Assembly (NCBI GenBank): GCA_038154685.1
Contig: JAYPYW010000011.1
Location: 13,908-54,598 of the forward strand
Reading direction: 5' to 3'
From: Flavobacteriales bacterium
GTDB taxonomy: Bacteria; Bacteroidota; Bacteroidia; Flavobacteriales_C; GCA-002722245
DNA length: 40,691 bases
Below, in pieces: positions 10,101-19,300 of this stretch. Under the pieces are notes generated by a model. The model did no database searches, was not told where the DNA came from, and saw only the letters and a list, made by a program, of their open reading frames with translations. Positions within the stretch are counted from its first letter, which is position 1; each line of letters opens with the position of its first letter. The translations under genes and the position numbers were made by a program.

Positions 10101-10479
10101 TGACTGTCCGGTTGATTTAGGTTTCACTACCATTTTGGAAATTCCTTGTGGTTATGATTGTAAAAACGAAAAAAATGGAACAGCTTACATTAACGATTGT
10201 GGTATTTGTGTAGATGCGACGGTTGAAAATACCCCTTGTGTTTATGAGGATTATATTGAACCTCTTTCAACAAAAGAGTTGAAAGAAGAATTTATTGTTT
10301 ACCCAAATCCAACTTTAGGAGTAATTATATTTTCAGAATCGGTTGAATTTGAAGTTTACGACTTGTTAGGAAATCTGGTTGTATTAGGAAACGGAGATAG
10401 TGCTGATTTATCCTTACAAACATCTGGGGTTTATTATTTAAAGGTTGATACTAGAACAGTAAAGATTATTAAACATTAA
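7132..10479 (+). CDS. T9SS-secreted multidomain CAZyme: GH16 domain, beta-jelly-roll lyase-like domain, Cys-rich repeats, four SprB-like beta repeats, type A CTD
   Basis: WHDEFDG...KYGYFEVRCK...WAAFWM...EIDIFE (GH16 ExDxxE catalytic motif); second domain with ARIET...IFQAKG...FRWGIY; repeats DCNGDxxGTAxxDxCxTCVxGxTGKxAC; C-terminal VYPNPT...YDLLG...SGVYYLK. Confidence 0.88.
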   Translation: MTTFKFKFTLLTILLTANFSSFGQTHTTDCSGGSATTPTTKTIEGKTMKMVWHDEFDGTEIDPTKWQACPEWKRQGGSYWEADNAWLNGCGKLKLKVSQKGDSVFCGAIRTRNLYDQKYGYFEVRCKVPQIHGGWAAFWMMPYGNHPGDQGNDGTEIDIFESINGWNNKIQHAIHWDGYGAEHQHQSKSMDRPDIYDDKMHTFGMKWTPTEYTFYVDDVETWRTSAGGVSDVAQYLKLTMEVSNQTWPGDWNNQITKPIVWTVDYVRTYSLEEPDCNGDFGGTAYLDDCGTCVGGSTGKTACLPCDVSSETIFSEPLYTQTGEDKTWQCIIDNNEIPIGVKSTEGITGSGINVKNSLVEVGEHATNPIIENLKIHTLGNSYVSRTYFDRWSRWYQEDGNTQIYRLFKDEINVRNDRALAARIETFYPEKRALPEPGVWHEWEGRYTIVNPAGCSAPHYCSIFQAKGNSVDHWSVMVKMDDKGNVWMDRRGDVDTTFATNMTGKAFDLKVRDNGMDYEVYVDDKYIGNGTWPRTEEVGFRWGIYVGESEVKDDILVFVTGAKNSIIDTRDCNGDPDGTAFIDNCETCVGGKTGKKACTQDCAGVWGGNAKEPNVTIGKKNEVCGNDNGVVTFTFPDEPSRTNIEFSTDGGLTYPKNVFDNVGSTSITNLSKGSYHLYARWGNDECPIDLGTVNLEARPAPSVSVSKKGADCGTDNGAITLTFPDELTRTGIEFSLDNGATYPIQVKDNTGSYTFEGLSRGDYHVWTRWGNEDCPVDIGVVTIGGPSCNYDCNGDLDGTAFIDNCETCVEGKTGKTACIQDCNGIWGGNTTEPDVTTSVQEENCEQSDGSITFSFPDQSGRSAIEFSLDGGLTYPTKVKDNIGNTTIPGLAPGTYDVWTRWGNDECPVDLGDLVIKADPNPIVTTLVQPSECGANNGSITFNFDDTKGRSRIEFSTDGGASYPTNVRDNTNSITVPYLAPGTYDIWVRWGNNDCPVDLGFTTILEIPCGYDCKNEKNGTAYINDCGICVDATVENTPCVYEDYIEPLSTKELKEEFIVYPNPTLGVIIFSESVEFEVYDLLGNLVVLGNGDSADLSLQTSGVYYLKVDTRTVKIIKH
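8960..10140 (+). repeat. Four intragenic ~85-aa repeats (C..NG.ITFxFPD...R..IEFSxDGGxTYP...L..G.Y.VW.RWGNDxCPVDLG), arranged as two pairs
   Basis: RWGNDECPIDLG, RWGNEDCPVDIG, RWGNDECPVDLG and RWGNNDCPVDLG are visible in the translation. Boundaries are approximate. Confidence 0.85.
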
Positions 10480-10487
10480 AAACAAAA

Positions 10488-12311
10488 TTATTCTGATTGG
10501 ATAATTGAAAAGCTTGTACGTCTATTTTCCTGATGTTCTTGCTCGGTTTTAGCATCTTTAATTTTTAGTTTTTCTTCACCGTAACCTTTAGCAACTAATC
10601 GCTCAGGATTAATACCATTTTTTATTAAGTACGAAACACAACTTTCAGCCCGTTTCTGAGACAGCTTTTGATTATATCTAGCGCTTCCTCTTGAGTCCGT
10701 GTGAGAAGAAAGTTCGATTTTAAGTTCAGGGTTGTCATTAAGTGTAATTACAAGACTATCAAGGATTTTTTCAGATTCAGGTCTCAAAGACCATTTAGCT
10801 AAATCATACAATATCCCTTCCAAAGTAATCTCTCCTTTTGGGATAGGTTTTAAGTATAAGATTGATTTAAATTCTTGCTGGGATTGTTGGGTTACTAAAC
10901 TATCATACCCTTTAAAATAGCCCTCTTTTTTACCTATCAAATTGTATTTAGTTTTAGGTGTTAAGCTCCATTGTACTTCACCTTTAGAATTGGTTAAATT
11001 AGAGTCAAGTAATACTTCATTAATTAATTGGACTTTAGCCTCCGGAATGATTTCCTTCGTTTCGGAATTCAGAACTGTTACATCAACTAAAATAGAGTAT
11101 GGCTCGAATTTAAAAATATCCAAACAAAGCCCTCTACATGTATCGCACTCATTTCTGTTTGAAGAAACCCATTTTCTATCGTTTTTTTCAGCGTAAAAAA
11201 CATCTTCTTTTCCGGAGTTAATAGGCATTCCTAAATTTCGAACTGTACCATTTGAAGAATCTAAGGCATAAACATCATAACCTCCTATTCCGTTTTCTGA
11301 ATTAGAAGAATAAAAGAAAGTTCCTCCTTCATTAATATAAGGTGAAATATCATCTTGGTGAGTATTTACAATGTTATAATTACTTGCTGAATCAGCATTC
11401 CCGTATTTATCAATATTACAATACCAAATATCCATTAATCCTTTCCCTCCTGACCTATCACTAGCAAAGTAAATTCTTTTTGTTGTATGGTGGTAAAAGG
11501 GGTGAATAGCTCCACCTTTGTTAATGTTATCATTTAATTTTCTAGGCTGAGTATAAGCGCCATTAATCTTTTGAGTAAAATAAAGTTGGGAGTTTCCTTT
11601 TACATTGCTCGCGAAATAAATAATATGATTAACGGTATCTTCAGTAAAACTTGAAATCCCTTGTTTCCATTTCCCGATTACAATGGTTTCCGTTGAATTT
11701 ATATTATTTCCATCTATTAAAACCTCATGAAGTTCAGAAGAATAACCATCATTTAAAACAATCGCTTTTTCAGAGGGGGTTAAATTATATATCGATTTTA
11801 ATTGGCTAGAAACACGGTAAACATTAATAGTTTTTTTAGCTAATTTTTCTAATTCAACTTTACCCTTTTCAGCAATTCTCTTATCAATAATGGAAGGGTT
11901 AAGATCTAGCACTTTCTGATAATTTTGTTGTGCTATTAAAAGTTTATACTCTAACTGGGTTAACCTTTTATTTAACGGTCTGTTTTCTTTCCTTAAAATT
12001 GAATCTAATTGAGCATATTGGTAGCTATATAATAAAGCTTCAGCCCATTTAATTTTTAAAGAATTAAAAAGTGCTACCGAATCTACCTTTTCAGTGTTTA
12101 TTTGGAATTGTAGGTTAGTTTGGTAAGGGTAGAAATTAACTCCATTACCATTATTATTAGAACCTTGAAAGACTTGTCTATATAAATCAGCCGCCTCAAC
12201 ATACCTCTTTTCTCCGAAAAACTTATCAGCAAAATAAATCTTTTTATTTAGGTCTTGTGCTAACAGGTTAGACCCAATAAATAAGAGCAATATGTAAAAA
12301 AATCTTTTCAT
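10488..12311 (-). CDS. OmpA-family peptidoglycan-binding protein with TPR-like N-terminus, PD40 repeats and carboxypeptidase-regulatory-like domain (PorE-like)
   Basis: Start moved to ATG 12311 (MKRFFYILLLFIGSNLLAQ), which overlaps the upstream TAA. IYFASDRSGGKGLMDIW and NLGMPINS (PD40); IELSSHTDSRGS..YNQKLSQKRA...GYGE...NRR (OmpA C-terminal domain). Confidence 0.9.
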   Translation of the reverse strand: MKRFFYILLLFIGSNLLAQDLNKKIYFADKFFGEKRYVEAADLYRQVFQGSNNNGNGVNFYPYQTNLQFQINTEKVDSVALFNSLKIKWAEALLYSYQYAQLDSILRKENRPLNKRLTQLEYKLLIAQQNYQKVLDLNPSIIDKRIAEKGKVELEKLAKKTINVYRVSSQLKSIYNLTPSEKAIVLNDGYSSELHEVLIDGNNINSTETIVIGKWKQGISSFTEDTVNHIIYFASNVKGNSQLYFTQKINGAYTQPRKLNDNINKGGAIHPFYHHTTKRIYFASDRSGGKGLMDIWYCNIDKYGNADSASNYNIVNTHQDDISPYINEGGTFFYSSNSENGIGGYDVYALDSSNGTVRNLGMPINSGKEDVFYAEKNDRKWVSSNRNECDTCRGLCLDIFKFEPYSILVDVTVLNSETKEIIPEAKVQLINEVLLDSNLTNSKGEVQWSLTPKTKYNLIGKKEGYFKGYDSLVTQQSQQEFKSILYLKPIPKGEITLEGILYDLAKWSLRPESEKILDSLVITLNDNPELKIELSSHTDSRGSARYNQKLSQKRAESCVSYLIKNGINPERLVAKGYGEEKLKIKDAKTEQEHQENRRTSFSIIQSE

Positions 12312-13300
12312 TAAAATATCGAACAACCCTTTTTAGTTTGAATATTGTCATTAAACTTCAAATTGTACAAAATTGAAAGTTCAAACGCACCATTACCTTG
12401 GTTATAATTAGCAAGTCCAGAAACTGTGTAATCATAGGAGAATCCGTATTGCCATTGGTCGTTTTTTAGCCCTAACATCCCTACAATGGCATCATCATTT
12501 CGGTAGCTTATTCCCAATAAAACCGCTCTCTTTTCGTTCCAATCTATTTGATTAATTATATCAAATAATAAAACTTCTGCTAGTTGCTGCTCCATATAAA
12601 TGAATTGTGTTTTCAGTTTATAATTGTCAGTAACCCTTGTTTCAGCTCCGATATTAGCAGTGACTCTATCTGGAAGGATAGCATTTTGCTCAAGTAGTGA
12701 CTCGTTAACCGAACTTAAATGAAAATAGCTAAATCCAAAGTAAGGAGAAGTTTTAAACTTACTGTTAAAGTAAAAGTAGTTTACACCAATATTAAAATCA
12801 GCAACCATTACATTAAGTTTGGTATTGGCAAATATTTCCGAAGAAGGTAAACTGAAAGAACCTCCATCACTTGGAGAATATTGATCGGGTAAATTTAAAG
12901 TGGTGAAGTCAACGCTTTTATTAAACAACCCTAACGCACCTCCAAAAGCCACATTATGGTAATTAAATAATTCTTTATTGTATGAAAGATTTAATCTTGC
13001 TGTAAAAGTTTGGAAACTTCCCTGTCCAGCGACATCATTTATTATAGTTAACCCTGAAGCAATTCGCTTATTATGATATGGGAGTTTATATCCTAAGTTT
13101 AACATGTTAGTTACATATGGCTTATTCATTAAGCTTCTCCACTGATTGCGTGTATGAATTGAAGCTTGAATATCTCCATCAAAACTTCCTGTGTAAGAAG
13201 AATTGATAAAACTTGGCGCAGTGTAGTATTGCGAAAGATGATAATCTTGCGCTAAACTTACCGATGAGGTAAAAAGTAATATGTAAATCAATCTTCTCAT
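12311..13300 (-). CDS. PorP/SprF family T9SS outer-membrane beta-barrel
   Basis: AQDYHLSQYY.AP..IN...G, RNQW, and GFSYDYTVSGL...G.FELSI.Y are typical of PorP/SprF. It lies directly downstream of a type B CTD protein, the usual arrangement. Confidence 0.92.
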   Translation of the reverse strand: MRRLIYILLFTSSVSLAQDYHLSQYYTAPSFINSSYTGSFDGDIQASIHTRNQWRSLMNKPYVTNMLNLGYKLPYHNKRIASGLTIINDVAGQGSFQTFTARLNLSYNKELFNYHNVAFGGALGLFNKSVDFTTLNLPDQYSPSDGGSFSLPSSEIFANTKLNVMVADFNIGVNYFYFNSKFKTSPYFGFSYFHLSSVNESLLEQNAILPDRVTANIGAETRVTDNYKLKTQFIYMEQQLAEVLLFDIINQIDWNEKRAVLLGISYRNDDAIVGMLGLKNDQWQYGFSYDYTVSGLANYNQGNGAFELSILYNLKFNDNIQTKKGCSIF

Positions 13301-16300
13301 TACCTTACAAGTGTGATATCACCTGTTTCTCTATATTTAGTTCCATCAAGTAAAGTACCTTCAAGTGTATATACATAAACACCATTTGGTTGAATTTCAC
13401 CTTTAAAATTCCCATCCCAACCTGTTCCAGGATCAAGGGATTGAAACACTTGTTGTCCCCATCGATTGTAAATAGTAAAAATCACATCCTGATATGGACC
13501 ACCTTGAATAGGAACAACATCATTAATATTATCTCCATTTGGAGTGAATACCGAAGCAATTTTCGGAGGAGTTTTAACTATAAGAGGAAGAGAAATAACA
13601 TCTAAACAGCCATTTGATTTTGATGCCGTAAGGGTAACAACAAACACCCCCGTATCTTGATAATTATATACAATCTGATTTCCTTCATCAAACCCAATAC
13701 CATCACCCAAATCCCATTCGAAAATTGAAGCATTTTGAGCATTTTCTGTTAGCGTTACATCTAATCCTAATTGAACAGATGAAGGACTGAAATTAAAATT
13801 CGCTACTGGTAAATCTCCATCAATTTCCACTACAACAGTGGTGTCATTAATACAGCCTAAAGAATCGGTTACCGTCAATTTAACAGGATATCCTCCAGGA
13901 ACGCTATATAGAACATTTGAAGTTTGAATAGAATCAAATTCCCCATTACCGAAATCCCAGAACAACCCTAATTGATCTGAATTTTCTGAATAAGCAGTAC
14001 TTGTAAATATAGTTGAGTCACCGAAGCAAACACCATTAAAATCAAAATTAACAACTGGGAGAGGGTAAACAATTAATGAGTCTGAAAGTGTATCTCTACA
14101 ATTAAAATCACTTACTACAACTTGTGTTATTAAATAAGTTGAGTCTTTTGCGAAATAAAATTCAAAACTATCTTTCTCGATGACACTTTCATTTATTATC
14201 CATAATGTCGAATCGATTTCACCACTTGAGACAAAGGCAGTAGAATTAAATTTAGCCGCTTCATTTAAACAATGATTAAACAATTCAAAATTTGCCTTTG
14301 GTTTCGGGTATAAATCAAACTCTCTTGTTAAAGTATCCATACAGCCGTTACTTGTGTTAACAATTAACTCAACAGTATACTCTCCATCTATACTGTATTG
14401 TTTGCTTGGATTTTGAATGCTCGAAAAAGTACCATCTCCAAAGTTCCAATGCCATTCTGAAATATCTTCTCCAGGAATAGTTGAAGCGTCAATAAAGAAT
14501 ACAGAATCCTCAAAACATTCAGCTAAAACATTGAAATTTGCCTCCGGACCTTTGTAAATACTAATTGATTTATTTGTTGTATCTCTACAGCCTTTATCTG
14601 TTTCAATAATAAGGGAAACTTCATAGATACCATCCATTATAAAACTGTGTACAGGATTCTGGTTAGTACTCTGAAAACCATTATCAAAATCATACAACCA
14701 ATTTGATATAATTCCACTTTTAACAGAACTACTATCATTAAAGGCTAATAATCCTCCTATACAACCAGATTCACTTCCAAAATTAGCAACTGGATTAGGG
14801 AAGAAACTTAAATCCTTTTCAATAGAGTCAACACATCCATTAATTGAAGTGACTTTAAGTTCTACTGAAAAATCCCCTCCTGCTGTATAATTATGTTTCG
14901 CGTTTTCAATATTAGAAACACTTCCATCTCCAAATTTCCACTCATAACTCAATGCCCCACTTGGAACACTAGAAGTGTTATAAAATTCCACTGAATCTCC
15001 AAAGCAAACACTTGGAGCTAAAAAGTTAGCTATTGGTTTTGGTTGTGCGTTAATCTCATAAGTATTTGAATCCACACAACCATTTAAAGTTGTTACAATC
15101 AATGTAACATTATAGGTTCCATCAGTAGCATATAAATGATTTATTTCTCCCCCTGATTTTGTTGTCTCATCACCAAGTTTCCACACTTGGTTAACTATTG
15201 AATCATTTGTAGACAAGGTTAAACTTTTGAAATTAATCGAATCATTATAGCACGCTTCAATTGAACTAACACTAATAATTGGTTTACCCCAAACATTAAT
15301 TTCCCTTTCAACGGAATCCACACAATTATTATTTGAAGTTGCAATTAACTTAACAACATAGGTAGAGTCTTTTAAATAACTGTTATTTGGATTAATTCCA
15401 CTACTAATATTACCATCACCAAAGTCCCAAGAATAATCAATTATACTTCCACTTGAAATAGTAGTTAAATTCAAAAAGGCATTGGTAGAATCTTCACAAA
15501 CTTCCTCGGTAATGAAATCAACAACAGGAGCAGGATAAATATCAACCGACTTTATTAAACTATCAACACAGCTTTGATCAGTTGTTGCGATTAATTTTAT
15601 AGTATAATTTCCTGGTGTGTAAAGTTTTGTTGGATTTTGATCAGTGGATGATGTTCCATCTCCTAAATCCCAATTCCAACTATTAATAGATCCATAACTA
15701 GCTAATGAGTTATCAATAAATGTAACCGAATCAATAAAACATTGCGGGGCAGCGGCGAAATCGATCAGAGGGACTGACCAAGAGGTTATGGTTTTTGTAA
15801 TCGAATCTTTACACCCATTACTAGTTTCAACAATCAATTCAACATTAAAAACGGTATCGGAGCTAAATGTATTGATAGGGTTTTGTAAAATTGAATTAGA
15901 CCCATCTCCAAAATCCCAAGTCCAATTAGAAATGAAGTCTCCTGTAATGGAAGAGTTGTCTGTAAACACAACCGGTGAATCTTCACAAGATTCTACAGCG
16001 TTAAAATCCGCTACTGGTGCAGGGTAAATATCCACTGATTTTATTATTGAATCCGTACATCCTCTATTGGTACTAGCAGTAAGTTTTATACTATAATTTC
16101 CTGGTGTATAAAAGTGGACAGGAGAAGCTTCATTAGAAAAATTACCATCACCTAAATCCCAACTCCATGAATCAACAACACCTAGATTAATGGCTGAGGC
16201 ATTTAAAAACCTAACACTATCTAAAAAACAAACAGGACTTGCATTAAAAGCTAATTCTGGTTTAGACCATGTAGTGATGTTTTTTGTAATTGAATCTGAA

Positions 16301-19300
16301 CATCCATTTGCTGTTGTAACGATTAATTTTACTGGAAAAACCGAATCTGTAATAAAAGTATTTGTTGGGTTTGGAAGAGAAGAAGCATTACCATCTCCGA
16401 AATCCCAAACAAAGCTTGTTATAACATCATCTGTTATCAAAGAAGCATCCGTAAAGCTTGTTGCACTATCCAAACAAACCTCTTTTGCATCAAAATCTGC
16501 TTCTGGAGAGGGATAGATATTTAAATTTTTCTCAAGTGTATCTGAACATCCACCATCGTTACTTACAATTAATTCCACATCGTATTCCCCTGGATTATAT
16601 TTGTGAGCGGGATTAGTTAAAACTGATCCACTTCCATCACCAAAATGCCATTGTACAAAATTAATGTTCCCCAATTTTGATGTGCTTGAATTAGTAAACC
16701 TTACTGAGTCCAAATAACAAGTAGGTAAGGCTGAATAATTTGCTTCTGGAACCGACCAAACCGTAACCGATTTTGTTAAGGAATCAGAGCATCCATTATC
16801 CGAAGTAACCTTCAGGGTTACGTCAAAAATGCTATCATTTGAATACAAGTTATTTGCATTCTGATCAATTGAAGAATTACCATCACCAAAATTCCAATTC
16901 CAATTGGTTAAAGTTCCACTCGAAATTGAAGTATTATCAATAAAATTCATCTCAGTTCCTAAACAAACATCAGAAACATTAAAGTCAACTTTGGGACCAT
17001 AGAAAACATCTAAATCTTGAACAATTGAATCAGAACACCCCTTATCTGTCTCCACAACTAGTTTTACATTATACGTTCCTGGAGCGAACATTTTCTTTAG
17101 ATTTTGCTTAGTAGAAAACTCACCTGTTCCAAAATCCCAATTCCAACTATCAATTATCCCAAAATCTGCAGAGGACAAATCAACAAAGTCTACAGAATCC
17201 ACAAAACATTGAGGCGCAGCATTAAAATTTGGGGTTGGAACAGACCAAACCGGAACATACTTAGTAATTGTATCCTTACAATTATTTGCTGTTGTAACGG
17301 TAAGAGATACTAAGTACACAGAATCAATAGCGTAAATAAAATTTAAATTCTTTGCTGAACTGGTTTCTCCATTTCCTAGATTCCAATCCCATGCTGTAAT
17401 CACATCACTTGATACAACCGAAGAATCAATTAATTGAGTAGAGTCCCCAAAACAAACCTGATTGAATCCAAAATTCGCTACGGGTGCCGGATAAATATCA
17501 AGTGATTTCACAATAGAGTCTCTACAACCATTGTTTGATTCAACCTTCAAATTAATATTATATTTCCCTGGAGTATAAAGCTTTTTGGGATACTGATCAT
17601 TAGAGTTAGTTCCATCCCCTAAATTCCATTCCCAAATTGCAATTGAACCATTTTGAAGAGTTGTTAAATCGTTAAATTGAACTGAATCAATAAAACATTG
17701 AGGGTCGGCTTCAAAATTTGCAATTGGATTTGAAAATACTTCAATGGAATCGATAATTGAATCCTTACAATTATTAGCACTTGTAACAACTAACTGGACA
17801 CGGAAAATAGAGTCGTTTAGATAGGTATGTGAGGGATTTTGAAGAGATGATAATGTCCCATCACCAAAATCCCATAACCATTGGCTAATAACATCTCCAG
17901 AAATATTAGATGAATCTGTAAAATTCATCGAAACTCCTTGACAAACCTCAGTAAAATCAAAATCTGCTACTGGCGAAGGATATATATCTAAGCTTTTTGT
18001 TAAAGAATCAATACAACCAAAATCATTTTGGACAATTAATTTCACATCGTAAGTTCCAGGAGTAAATAGGTGTTTTGGATTTTGTTCTCCGGACGAAGTG
18101 CCATCATCAAAATCCCAAGTCCAAGAGCTCAATTCCCCGAAGGTAGAATTAGAAGAATCAGTAAATGTAACCGAATCGATAAAACACTGAGGAGAACCAC
18201 TAAAATTAACCGTAGGATTAGACCAAACCGTAATTGGTTGAACAGTGGTATCCGAACAGTTATTGGCAGTTTTAACAACTAACTGAACATTGTAAATACT
18301 ATCCTTTGCAAATAAATGATTTGGGTTTTCAATAATTGATGTATTCCCATCACCAAAATCCCAAAGGAAGTCTGTAATAATATCACCTGTTACATATGAG
18401 CTGTCATTAAATATTGTATTATCTCCATCACAAACCTCTGATGTATTAAAGTGTGCAATCGGATTTGGATTTAATGTAAAGGCATTTGTAAGGGAATCCG
18501 AACAACCAAATACTGACGTTGCTACTAATTTGATATTGTAAACCCCTGGGCTGTATAAATGTTTAAGCGAATCTTGATTAGACGTATTCCCATCACCTAA
18601 GTCCCAGGCATAATTACTAATAGATCCATTTTTGATTGTCACATTTCCGTTTAGCTCAATTGAATCAATGAAACACTCAGGCGTAACAGCAAAGCTCACC
18701 AAAGGAAGGGAATGAACTTCAATATTTTGAGTAATCGAATCTTTACAACCATTGTCGGATTCAACAACCAATTTGACTTCAAAAAGGGAGTCGTTGGCAA
18801 AAGTTCGATTTGGATTTTGAAGACTTGAAGTGGTACCATCACCAAAATCCCAAGTCCAGTAAGTAATTATTCCCGTATTAATTTTAGATGTATCTATAAA
18901 ATTGTTTGTACCTCCTAAACAAACTTCCGAAGTCTCAAATCCTGCCTCAGGTCCTGGAAAAATTGAAACAGACTTTGAAACTGAGTCTGTACATCCAGAA
19001 TCAGATGAAAGAACTAATTTTACAGTATAATCTCCTGGAACGTAAAGGTGGGTTGGACAGGTATCATTAGAAAAACTCCCATCTCCTAAATCCCACGAGT
19101 AAGATGTAATACTTCCATTTTTAATCGTACTCGAATCAACTATCTTAACAGAATCTAATACACATTGTGAAGCTCCGATAAAATCAGGAACTGGATTAGA
19201 GTTAACAGTAACTGTCCGGCTTAAAGTATCCTTACAACCATTATTTGAGGTAGTGATCAATTCAACGGTATAGGTAGAATCTACGCTATAAATATGATTT

